Part shown: piece by piece, positions 7,191 through 15,404 of the stretch
How positions within the stretch are numbered: the stretch's first letter is position 1
How the letters are laid out: each line of letters starts with the position of its first letter
Source: a virus
Taxonomy: Duplodnaviria; Caudoviricetes
Length of the DNA: 41,867 nucleotides
Strand: one strand, 5' to 3'
IMG/VR virus record: IMGVR_UViG_3300017716_002053
Span: 1 to 41,867 of that record
Program-made: the position numbers and the translations under genes
Notes under the pieces: model-generated
What the model saw: the letters and a program-made list of their open reading frames with translations, nothing else
Databases searched by the model: none
Told to the model about the DNA's origin: nothing

Positions 7191-7393
7191 ACTATGAGGA
7201 CACCGTGATGCCCGCGACGGGCGAGTGCTGCTCTTGCAGCATCATCGTTGACGAAGGCGACAACTACGGCCAGGACGGCGAGTGGCTCTGCTGGGACTGC
7301 TTGCAGGACACCGTTCGCAGCCATGCGATCGACTGGTTCGGCGTGGCCTGCGAGATCGTGGATGACGCGGCCCTGGCAGGGGTGGACGTCTGA
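7184..7393 (+). CDS. Small acidic protein with two CxxC motifs
   Basis: AGAGGGAG SD; CCSC...CWDC. Confidence 0.65.
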   Translation: MLDYEDTVMPATGECCSCSIIVDEGDNYGQDGEWLCWDCLQDTVRSHAIDWFGVACEIVDDAALAGVDV

Positions 7394-7578
7394 TGAACGA
7401 CGATCAGGACCTCGGCTGCCTTGTGCAGCTCGCGTTTTTCGGTGTCGGCTTCGCCGCATGGCTAACGCATATCATCGTGTGCCTGTCTCAAGGCGAATGG
7501 GGTTTCCTTGTCGCCGGCGCACTGTTCTTCCCGGTCGCCATCATCCACGGCGTCGGTATCTGGTTCGGAGCCTGGTGA
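7393..7578 (+). CDS. Small two-TM membrane protein
   Basis: Two hydrophobic segments; TGATG coupling. Confidence 0.7.
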   Translation: MNDDQDLGCLVQLAFFGVGFAAWLTHIIVCLSQGEWGFLVAGALFFPVAIIHGVGIWFGAW

Positions 7579-7763
7579 TGACCGGCAATTTCTGGCCCAT
7601 GACACGCGGCGAGCGGTTCGAGCGCGCCCTGTCCCGCCTTCACGCCGCCATCGGCGACGTCGAGGCCCTGCGCGACATACCCGGTCTCTGTTATGACCAT
7701 CTTGACCGCGTCCGCCTCGCCACCGCCCGGCTCGACCGCGCATATAAGGAGCTAGGCAAATGA
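7578..7763 (+). CDS. Hypothetical protein (61 aa)
   Basis: TGATG coupling to the upstream gene; ATGA coupling downstream. Confidence 0.6.
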   Translation: MTGNFWPMTRGERFERALSRLHAAIGDVEALRDIPGLCYDHLDRVRLATARLDRAYKELGK

Positions 7764-7981
7764 GAACGATCAGAACCGACTACCAGGCCGTCAACGCCGC
7801 CGGCGTCGTCCTGTTCACCTTCAACGACAGGGACGCGGGCCGCGCATGGGTCCGCGACAACGCCTGCCGCCATGACGGGTTGATCCTGGAGCGCATTGAG
7901 ATCCTCGCGCACCGGGACTACCGCCCGCGCCAGCCGACACGGCGCCCCGACGCCTTCGCGATCCCGGTGATGCCATGCTGA
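7760..7981 (+). CDS. Hypothetical protein (73 aa)
   Basis: AAGGAG SD; ATGA overlap. Confidence 0.65.
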   Translation: MRTIRTDYQAVNAAGVVLFTFNDRDAGRAWVRDNACRHDGLILERIEILAHRDYRPRQPTRRPDAFAIPVMPC

Positions 7982-8067
7982 TCCGAGCCCTGGCGGAGAC
8001 CCTCCGTCCCCGGTCCCTTATCCTGCTGGCTGTGATTGCTGGCGTCTCTGCTCTGTGGTGGCTGTGA
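7975..8067 (+). CDS. 30-aa single-TM peptide
   Basis: MLIRALAETLRPRSLILLAVIAGVSALWWL fills the gap and couples (TGATG) to the next gene; too short for the ORF track. Confidence 0.5.
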   Translation: MLIRALAETLRPRSLILLAVIAGVSALWWL

Positions 8068-8327
8068 TGACCTCCGAAGCTGAACAAGCCCTTGCACGGG
8101 TGGAGGCGATCCTTGCGCGCTATCCCCGTGAACCGAGAGTCCGCGCCGACAAGTCTGATCTCGCCCTTCTCCTCTCCCTTGCAAGACAGGCGGGGGAGAT
8201 GAGGGAGGCTTTGGAGTTCTACGCGATGGAGCATGAGTTCCCGAGCGATGGACCGTGGGGCGTCAATAGCACCGACTTCGGAGACGTCGCCCGTGCCGCC
8301 CTCTCCCAATCAAGGAGCGAGAAATGA
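8067..8327 (+). CDS. Hypothetical protein (86 aa)
   Basis: Coupled start; MREALEFYA...GDVARAAL motif typical of small phage accessory proteins. Confidence 0.65.
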   Translation: MTSEAEQALARVEAILARYPREPRVRADKSDLALLLSLARQAGEMREALEFYAMEHEFPSDGPWGVNSTDFGDVARAALSQSRSEK

Positions 8328-8899
8328 CTTTGGTTCATTCGCCTCAAGATGAGGCTCATACCCAGCCGGGCACCGCAAAGACCGTCGCTGACATTCCGGC
8401 ATGGGCGCTAGAAGGCGACCGCTACAGCCCGAACCTCCGTCGATGGATGCGGAAGAACAGCCGAAACCACGGCAACGACGTGTTCACCGGCAAAGACGGT
8501 CGCCTGTGGCTCGGCTGGATTGATGACGGCCCATCGTTCATCGGCTCCCGCCTGTGGCGAGTCCTGACTGTCGGAGGTCGCGCCGAAGTGGGGTGCTGGA
8601 TGTTCCCCGTCAGCGACCTGACCCCGCTGCCAGACTTCTGGAGCGACTACGCCCGCATCGGCCGGTGCGCCATCGACGCCGACCATTCGCACTACTTCAT
8701 CGGCGACGAGACGCGCTGGACGGAAGGCGGCGACACACGCTCCTGCAACTGGTGCGGCAACCATCGTCAGTTTCGCCACCGCTGGACAGAGCCTGTAGAG
8801 CGCCAGCGGTGGGAGCCCATTTCCATCCTCAAAGCCACCACACCCGGTGAAGCTGGAGCGGTGGGTACGAAGTCCGAAGGACGTAGTGAAACCCAATGA
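8324..8899 (+). CDS. Hypothetical Trp/Cys-rich protein (191 aa)
   Basis: AAGGAG SD; GRCAIDADH and CNWC; hairpin repeats inside both ends. Confidence 0.75.
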   Translation: MTLVHSPQDEAHTQPGTAKTVADIPAWALEGDRYSPNLRRWMRKNSRNHGNDVFTGKDGRLWLGWIDDGPSFIGSRLWRVLTVGGRAEVGCWMFPVSDLTPLPDFWSDYARIGRCAIDADHSHYFIGDETRWTEGGDTRSCNWCGNHRQFRHRWTEPVERQRWEPISILKATTPGEAGAVGTKSEGRSETQ

Positions 8900-9357
8900 C
8901 CAATCAAACCTCACCTGTAGGCCAAGGGTCTGTGAACTACGCAGCAATGGATGCCAAGATTGTTGCCGACACTATGGCCGAGATGCAGCAGCAGGTTGAA
9001 ACGCTGACCGGCGCACGGCATTCAATGTACGACGGCGCGGTCGCTATCGCCCGACAGTTTGCAGCCCCCCACCCAGACCCTGTGCCGCCGGTTGTAGGCA
9101 TGTCGGCGGTCGCGAACTTCGAGCCGGAGGACACGCCCAAGGGGTTCATCGAATGGACCTTCGTTCTGCCTCGCTCGGTCGAGGTCGGGGCGGGCCTCTA
9201 CGAAATCCGCTTCCTCCGCTGTCTGACCCCCGAGGAGAGGGCTTCCGAGGCGTCCTCGTTTGCCGCGCTCACCAAGGCTACCCCGCCCGCAGAAACGGTC
9301 TCGCCGGGTATGAGCGAAGCGAATGAACCCAACACTACAGCAGGAGACCGGACATGA
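8896..9357 (+). CDS. Hypothetical protein (153 aa)
   Basis: ATGA coupling on both sides. Confidence 0.65.
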   Translation: MTNQTSPVGQGSVNYAAMDAKIVADTMAEMQQQVETLTGARHSMYDGAVAIARQFAAPHPDPVPPVVGMSAVANFEPEDTPKGFIEWTFVLPRSVEVGAGLYEIRFLRCLTPEERASEASSFAALTKATPPAETVSPGMSEANEPNTTAGDRT

Positions 9358-9533
9358 AGGCGCGAACCATCACGGCCTTGATGAAGCAAATCGAGCGCAA
9401 GAAGGTCGCCCTCGCCAATCTGCGCGACGAACTCCGCGACATTGAGAGCGAGGCGTCATCGCTGTCCGAGGACGCCGACGAAGCAATCGCCTCCCTTACC
9501 GACGCAACCGATGCGCTTTCGAGGCTTGTCTGA
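9354..9533 (+). CDS. Small coiled-coil protein (59 aa)
   Basis: AGGAG SD; MKARTITALMKQIERKKVALANLRDELRDIESE...; coupled to both neighbours. Confidence 0.65.
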   Translation: MKARTITALMKQIERKKVALANLRDELRDIESEASSLSEDADEAIASLTDATDALSRLV

Positions 9534-9925
9534 TGACCGCCCCCGTTCCCCTCTCCGGGAATGAAGGGCCGTCGAGCGGAGGGGCTGTGGCTGAGGGCCT
9601 TGGTTCGCCCGCGTGGCAGACGGTGGATGCGTGGATCAGGGCGGCGGAAAGCTGCGACTGCGCCGAGTTTGCCGTCCAGAACGTGAGTGACCTTTACCGG
9701 CTCCGCGAAGACATCGCAAACATCGCAGCCCACCCCCACCCCGTACAAGACGCAGAGGGGATGCGGGAGAAGATGGCGAGGATCATTGACGCAGCGGCTT
9801 TCAGTGAGCCGGTGCCGAACACAATTCACACGCGCGGCCTGCAAAAAGAGGCGCAATTCATCGCCTTTGCCAAAGCCACTGCCATTCTCGCAGCCCTTCA
9901 TGCCGTAGGAGGAGGAAATGAGTAG
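9533..9925 (+). CDS. Hypothetical protein (130 aa)
   Basis: TGATG coupling. Confidence 0.6.
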   Translation: MTAPVPLSGNEGPSSGGAVAEGLGSPAWQTVDAWIRAAESCDCAEFAVQNVSDLYRLREDIANIAAHPHPVQDAEGMREKMARIIDAAAFSEPVPNTIHTRGLQKEAQFIAFAKATAILAALHAVGGGNE

Positions 9926-10328
9926 GGGTTCACTACGCCCGAGGACGGGCTTCGTACCCACTGAGCTTGTGGAACGGCTGGAGGTAGCCGAGGCGGGCAA
10001 CGGACATCTGGACGTTTTGATACACGCCGCCTTGTGGCCGTCCGACCCCTCTATCGGATGGAACGAGCAGCCGCCCGTCACCACATCCCTAGACGCTGCT
10101 CTTGCTCTGGCTGAGAGGGTGCTGCCGGGGTGGGAGGTCGGGGCTCGCGTCAATCAAGACCAGACGGCGACGTGCTACGTTTCGGACGGCGGCCCAATCG
10201 GAATGTCTCGTTTCCAGCAAAGCGAGAAGCCGACCCCCGCGCTGGCCCTCTGCATCGCCATCCTGAAAGCTACCACTGCAAGCTCAGTGGGTACGAAGCG
10301 AAGCGGAGTGAACCATGACCTCCCCTGA
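9918..10328 (+). CDS. Hypothetical protein, phage ABA-sandwich-like
   Basis: AGGAGGAGG SD; TTSLDAALALAERVLPGW...TPALALCIAILKA motif common in phage accessory proteins; flanked by inverted repeats. Confidence 0.7.
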   Translation: MSRGSLRPRTGFVPTELVERLEVAEAGNGHLDVLIHAALWPSDPSIGWNEQPPVTTSLDAALALAERVLPGWEVGARVNQDQTATCYVSDGGPIGMSRFQQSEKPTPALALCIAILKATTASSVGTKRSGVNHDLP

Positions 10329-10605
10329 CTATGAGGGTCTAGCCGAACTGTTGCTGTCGCTCGAAAGCGAAACAGACAGCCACCCCCAAAAGGGACGACG
10401 GCTCGTCAACCCTGACGGCCCCGAAGCAGCCGCCGCCCTCCGCACCGTGGTAGCGGAGAGGGATAGGCTGGAGGAGCGCCTTCGCTACAGCGAGAACATC
10501 GTCAATCAAACCCAAGGCGATATGTGCCCGGTTGACCCCGACGAATTCCAACGCGCGCTCGCCATCATCGGCGGTGCCGCTCTATCAGGGAGGAAGGAGC
10601 CGTGA
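10315..10605 (+). CDS. Hypothetical protein (96 aa)
   Basis: LVNPDGPEAAAAL motif followed by a coiled coil; overlapping start. Confidence 0.65.
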   Translation: MTSPDYEGLAELLLSLESETDSHPQKGRRLVNPDGPEAAAALRTVVAERDRLEERLRYSENIVNQTQGDMCPVDPDEFQRALAIIGGAALSGRKEP

Positions 10606-11009
10606 GCAGCCCTACCAGACAGATAGGAGAGGCGGAAGCCTTCGCCCCTTGTCCGCTCTGTAATGGTGAGGCGAGGCTAGGACTGACCAACCACGCCGAC
10701 GAGCGGAGCGGATACGTCAAGACGTTCACCGCCTATTGCACCGAATGCGGTTGTCAGGTCGCCCGGTCCAGCAAGACCGACAAAAACGGGTGGGCCAACG
10801 AAGGCGACGAGAGCGTTAAGCGCCGTGTCCGGGAGGCATGGAATAAGCGCGCCCTCATCCCCGCCTCCGACCTAGAACAGATCACCCGTGATTTGAATGA
10901 GGCTGTGCGGTTGCTGCGTCGCTGGCACACGGTCGATTATCCGTCCGAGGCGCTGGAAGACATCACAGACGCCTTCCTCTCCCGTCTCGCTACTACCCCG
11001 AAGCCCTGA
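10602..11009 (+). CDS. Lar-family (restriction alleviation) zinc-ribbon protein
   Basis: PCPLCNGEA...CTECGC...AWNKRA pattern; AAGGAG SD. Confidence 0.65.
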   Translation: MSSPTRQIGEAEAFAPCPLCNGEARLGLTNHADERSGYVKTFTAYCTECGCQVARSSKTDKNGWANEGDESVKRRVREAWNKRALIPASDLEQITRDLNEAVRLLRRWHTVDYPSEALEDITDAFLSRLATTPKP

Positions 11010-13323
11010 CACCTGCCAGGTCCACCACCCCGCTCTCGTCCACGCCCGTCTCGGCCAGCCGGCGCAGCGCGCTGCGGCTGAGCCGATCGACAAGGTCGGG
11101 CGCGGCGATCACCTGCTTCTTGGACGTCGCGCCGCGCGAGCTGACCCACCCCAGGTCCGCCCACCCGGCCTCCTTGAGCGCGTGCAGCAGGGCCACCACC
11201 GGGATCTTGACCGGGACGTTGAGCGAATTGTTGAGGCGCTGGCTCTCCAGATCACACACCTTGTGCAACGGCGAGCAGATCACGCCCCTGGCGAACGTCC
11301 CCCGACGCTCGCGGATCTCGTCCAGCAGGATGGCCTCGGCCATCGACATGCCTTGCTCGACCAGGGTCGCCTTGAAGTCGGTCCACGGCGGCGCGGCACC
11401 GGGATTGAACGCCCGCACGTCGCGCGCCTTGAGCCACGAGCCCGCCGCGTGCAATCCGCCCTCACGGAACCACGACCACAGCGCCGCGCCCTCCTCGGGC
11501 GTCATGCGCGGGGCATGCGACCAGACGCAGCACCAGCGGCGGTCCTGCGAGGACAGGCTGATCGGCACCGGGTCGTTGGAGAAGGCGAGGACGAACAGCC
11601 GGTTGGCCATGTCGTAGGGGTGGAAATGCTTGCGGTTCACCGGCAGGGTCTCGGGCGGAGCGGCGATGATCGGCTTGAGCCGGTTCGCCAACGCCCGCCG
11701 CGCACCCGCGTCGGGCTCACGCAGCTCGTTCAGCAGCAGGATCTCGCTCTCCAGGTGATAGCCGAACGCCGCTGACAGGCTGTCGTTGTCGACCATGCCG
11801 CGGTTGCGCATGTGCGGGCCGCAGATCGACCACATGAACGGCGCCCACATGCTGTCCTTGCCGCAGCCCTCGTCGCCGCCGTGCAGGATTGCGTGGTTCA
11901 CCTTGATCTCGGGGTGCTGGTACTTGAACGCCATCACATCCCAGATGTGGTTGAGCAGCGCCTCGTCGGGCACCATGCGCCGACAGTGGTCCAGCCACGG
12001 CGTCGGGTCGCCGCCGGGCTTGAGTTCTGGCCGGGCGTCGACCCACTTGTTGCCCCTGGCGTAGCCGCCGAACGCCACCACGGCACCCTCGCCCGCGGCG
12101 TAGGTGATCCCCGCCACGGTCGGCGCGCCCATGGCCGTGCGGTTCTCATCGAACGACACCGACGCCTCTATCCTCCTGCCCCCATGGACGCTGACGCATT
12201 TCAGGTGCCGGTACAGGGCGTTGAATGCCCGACGCGACACCTCGCGGCGGTCCACCAGGTCAAAGAAGCTGTCGTCCTGCTCGACATAGGCGAAGCGTTT
12301 GTACCAGCCGGACTTCTCCAGCCGCCCTAGCTCGCGCCGCTCGACGTCGGCGATGACGTCGGTGGCGTCCTCTTTGAAGAAGGTCGACGGCCCGGCGATC
12401 GCCTCCTGCATCCGGGCCATGTGCTGCGCCAGCAGGTCGTCACGCAGGCCGGGCTTGGCCATGGGACCGCCGTTGGCGCTGACCCACTCAAGGAAGGTCG
12501 TCGAGTTCATGTCCTCGCAGTGGCCATGATAGCAGCAGAACGACCGCTCCAGCGGCTTGTAGCGCGCCTCGATCGTACCGTCGGAGTGCTGCGCCTTGTT
12601 CGGGCAGACGATCGACAGCCAGCCCTGGGCGTTGGTGCGGGACAGGACCATGCCCTGCTCGGACAGCCACGCCAGCACGGTGTCGTCGCCCGTGTCCTCT
12701 ATCCTCAGCGACTGACGGGTGGCGGTGTCGGCGGCGGCGGGCGTCACCTCCAGCGCCTCGCAGATCCCCTCCAGGGTGAACGCCCGCTCGGGGTGGAACT
12801 CGACCAGCCGGGCGGCGAACCCGTCGCGGTCGGGCTTGAGGTTGACCGAGCCGGGGATGCGGAACCAGCGCACGGCGTTGGTAGCGCCGGGGTCGGTGTA
12901 GCCTGCGGCTGCAATGGCCTTGATCGCGGCGGTGAACTCGCCCTTGGATGGCTGCTCGGAGAAGACGTAGCCCCACTGGAACGAGCCCTCGGAGGTCTCC
13001 ATGATCCACGTCGGGTCCAGCGGCGGGGTCGCCGCCTTGGTGCCGATGTCATCCAGCATCATGCACAGGACGAACTCGCAGTTGGCCTGACCGGCGCTGA
13101 TGTTGTCGCCGAGGCGGTCGAGGATGAACGAGCCGGTGTTCATATAGACCGCCGAGCCGGGCTTGATCGGACGGGTCGGCAGGAAAGGCGGCCATGTGTA
13201 CTTCGGCGTCCCGTCGGCGTGCAGCACGGCCTCGCCGTTCCTGCGCACCGGCTTCTGGTAGCCGGCCAGCGCGGTCTCGCCCTCGGGCGCCAGCCCTGCG
13301 ATGAACGATATGAAGTCTTTCAT
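10993..13323 (-). CDS. Primase-helicase (RepB-like primase plus SF3/DUF5906-like helicase)
   Basis: MLDDIGTK, WIMETSEGSFQWGY, RWFRIPGSVNLK primase motifs; Cys/His cluster; Walker A GGDEGCGKDS; start 13323 coupled to the polymerase stop. Confidence 0.85.
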   Translation of the reverse strand: MKDFISFIAGLAPEGETALAGYQKPVRRNGEAVLHADGTPKYTWPPFLPTRPIKPGSAVYMNTGSFILDRLGDNISAGQANCEFVLCMMLDDIGTKAATPPLDPTWIMETSEGSFQWGYVFSEQPSKGEFTAAIKAIAAAGYTDPGATNAVRWFRIPGSVNLKPDRDGFAARLVEFHPERAFTLEGICEALEVTPAAADTATRQSLRIEDTGDDTVLAWLSEQGMVLSRTNAQGWLSIVCPNKAQHSDGTIEARYKPLERSFCCYHGHCEDMNSTTFLEWVSANGGPMAKPGLRDDLLAQHMARMQEAIAGPSTFFKEDATDVIADVERRELGRLEKSGWYKRFAYVEQDDSFFDLVDRREVSRRAFNALYRHLKCVSVHGGRRIEASVSFDENRTAMGAPTVAGITYAAGEGAVVAFGGYARGNKWVDARPELKPGGDPTPWLDHCRRMVPDEALLNHIWDVMAFKYQHPEIKVNHAILHGGDEGCGKDSMWAPFMWSICGPHMRNRGMVDNDSLSAAFGYHLESEILLLNELREPDAGARRALANRLKPIIAAPPETLPVNRKHFHPYDMANRLFVLAFSNDPVPISLSSQDRRWCCVWSHAPRMTPEEGAALWSWFREGGLHAAGSWLKARDVRAFNPGAAPPWTDFKATLVEQGMSMAEAILLDEIRERRGTFARGVICSPLHKVCDLESQRLNNSLNVPVKIPVVALLHALKEAGWADLGWVSSRGATSKKQVIAAPDLVDRLSRSALRRLAETGVDESGVVDLAGVRASG

Positions 13324-15338
13324 TTCCCGTATCTCCCTCTGATCTTCACCTCTGCCGCCAACGGCAACCCCGCCGCCCACGCGGGGGGCGTCGCCATCAC
13401 GGCCTCAAGCTGCGCGGCGGCAGCCTCTGCGTCGTCGGCTTCCAGCACAATTTCGTCATGGATGTGCAGAATGACCCTCTGCCCGGCGGCGTCAAGGCGG
13501 CGCAGCGCGTCACGCAGCAGGTCGTTGGCGACGGCCTGGGTGATGTTCTCGCAGGCCAGCCCGTGCCAGAGACGGGCGCGCGGCCACTCCTCAGCCTCCT
13601 GCGCGGGCTTCCACGCCGCCTTGGCGTAGGTGATGCCGTCCTTCTCGAAGCGGGCGTGCGGGTAGCACAGCACCCGGCCAGAGGGCAGGGCGTACCAGAG
13701 GTGCCGCCCGTCATACAGGTAGGTGATCCGCCCGGCGGTGATCTCACAGCCCTTGTTGCGCATGGCGGCGTAGTAGGCCCGCTCCAGCCCCGACCACTGG
13801 TGCTGCGCCCACGGGTTCGCCTTGCGCCACGCCTCGACCATGCGGCGCGACTGCGCCTCGGGCATGACGACGCCGTAGATGCGGCCCATGGCGTTGAACG
13901 CCCCGACCGCCCCGCCGAACCCGCAGGCCAGCTCCTGCACCTTGCCGACCTGTCGCTGGCTGACCGCCGCGCCGTCCTCGGCCTCATAGCCTGCAAGGAG
14001 GTCGGCGTAATTGCCACCGAATGTGGCCGTGGCATTTACGATGTACGCGTCCAGACCATTGCGGAACAGGTCCAGCTTGGCCTCGCCGGCGGGGCAGTTG
14101 GACAGCCACGGGTTCACCCGCCCCTCGATGGCGGACCAGTCGGCGATGACCATTTGCTTGCCGGGCTCGGGGATCAGCGCCGGGCGCAGCATCCCCTTGA
14201 GGACGTCGGTCACCCGCTTGCCGTGGACCGGCACGATGTCGTGGTGGCGTGTCATCGACAGCCGCACGGCCTCGGGATCCTTGGCCGTCTTGCGAGCGAA
14301 GTTGTGGACCTGGAGGCCGTAGCTGGAGGCCCGGCCTGTCGCCGCCCCGCCCGCGAACACGAACGCGCCGCGCACCCGGTGGTCCTCGTCGTCGGCCAGG
14401 TCCGCCATGCGGGCGAACTTGGCCACGCTGGACGCCCACAGGTCGTCGGCGCACTGGATGACGTCGGCCACGACCGGGGGCACCTCGTCGGGGTTCTCCT
14501 CGGCCAGCACCAGCAGCGAGGCGCGGACGTTCTTGTCGATCGACCGCTTGTGCTCGCCGTCCTTGAGCACGGTCATCAGGCCACGGGCCTGCGGCCCGAC
14601 GCGGTCCCACACCCACTGGCGCATCCGGGGGCTGCGGATCGACGTCACGGCGCCCTCGCTGACCTCGACGACCAGCTTCTCCAGTTCGATCGTCTCGGCG
14701 GCGGAGTAGCGGATCGCGGCCTTGGCCAGCGGCACGTCGACCAGCACGCCGTGGTCGTTGATGCGTTCGTTGACGTGGTAGTCGGCCAGTTCGTCGGCGG
14801 ACAGCGGACGCATGGCCTGCGAGATCGCGCGCATCGCGCGGACATCTTGCTTTCCATACGCACGGAACTCGTTGAACAGCGCCGGGTCGTCGTTGAAGGT
14901 GCCGTCGGCGCGAGGGATGCAGAGCAGCCGGATGAGCTGCTTGCCTCTGTGATCCTTGCGCATGGTCGCGCCGGCGAACCGCCCTGCGTCTTCCAGGCTA
15001 CCGGGCGCGCAGTTGGCGCGGGACTGCGCCGCGGTGCAATACCATTGCTCCAGCGCAGGGATGGGAACGTCGTAATCGACGCAAACGACGAACTCGAATA
15101 TCAGACGATCAAACGCAGCGTTATGGAAACGCATCTGACCGCCCTTGCGGATATGCTCCTTGACGCTCTCCGGGAACGGTCGTCCGCAGCCGGGCCACCA
15201 TTCCTCGACCTCGTCATCGTCGAAGGCCCAGTTGAACAGGCGCAGTTTTGTCGTCGGATGTTGCGCGTAGTTGTACGAGCCTTTGGTCGGCAAGTCGCAC
15301 ACGCTCCGCGTTTCCGTGTCACCCCATAATATCTGCAT
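13320..15338 (-). CDS. DNA polymerase, family A, with 3'-5' exonuclease
   Basis: Exo motifs DTET and HNAAFDR; motif A DWSAIEGR, motif B RQVGKVQELACGFG, motif C HIHDEIV. Confidence 0.95.
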   Translation of the reverse strand: MQILWGDTETRSVCDLPTKGSYNYAQHPTTKLRLFNWAFDDDEVEEWWPGCGRPFPESVKEHIRKGGQMRFHNAAFDRLIFEFVVCVDYDVPIPALEQWYCTAAQSRANCAPGSLEDAGRFAGATMRKDHRGKQLIRLLCIPRADGTFNDDPALFNEFRAYGKQDVRAMRAISQAMRPLSADELADYHVNERINDHGVLVDVPLAKAAIRYSAAETIELEKLVVEVSEGAVTSIRSPRMRQWVWDRVGPQARGLMTVLKDGEHKRSIDKNVRASLLVLAEENPDEVPPVVADVIQCADDLWASSVAKFARMADLADDEDHRVRGAFVFAGGAATGRASSYGLQVHNFARKTAKDPEAVRLSMTRHHDIVPVHGKRVTDVLKGMLRPALIPEPGKQMVIADWSAIEGRVNPWLSNCPAGEAKLDLFRNGLDAYIVNATATFGGNYADLLAGYEAEDGAAVSQRQVGKVQELACGFGGAVGAFNAMGRIYGVVMPEAQSRRMVEAWRKANPWAQHQWSGLERAYYAAMRNKGCEITAGRITYLYDGRHLWYALPSGRVLCYPHARFEKDGITYAKAAWKPAQEAEEWPRARLWHGLACENITQAVANDLLRDALRRLDAAGQRVILHIHDEIVLEADDAEAAAAQLEAVMATPPAWAAGLPLAAEVKIRGRYGK

Positions 15339-15354
15339 GGTATTGGCCGCTACG

Positions 15355-15389
15355 GCGGGCGCTGGCCGAGGGAACGAACCAGCGCCCGC
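15355..15389 (-). promoter_or_regulatory. Stem-loop in the polymerase leader
   Basis: Perfect 11-bp stem GCGGGCGCTGG/CCAGCGCCCGC with 13-nt loop, 16 nt upstream of the pol ATG. Confidence 0.5.
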
Positions 15390-15404
15390 TTTGGCGCGCG
15401 CCTC

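Larger units (their letters stand above)
8331..10314. repeat. Family of five GGGT-AY-GA(A)-[stem-loop]-G(N)A-RT-GA-ACC hairpins (8331-8363 rev, 8863-8894, 9306-9330, 9926-9959 rev, 10289-10314)
   Basis: Covarying stems in both orientations; perfect 21-bp IR 9949-9969/10279-10299. Confidence 0.85.

Noticed and set aside
9145-9159. Sixth copy of the cassette hairpin (GGTTCATCGAATGGACC region)
   Set aside because: Shares GGTTCA only; lacks the G.A pairs and apical stem, and is mid-gene
13458-15329. Long antisense ORFs (also 12421..13629, 16040..17182, 18950..20245, 27931..29112, 29962..31689, 35737..37410)
   Set aside because: Shadow frames of high-GC3 genes with no motifs, unlike the MTase +1 frame, which carries a required motif
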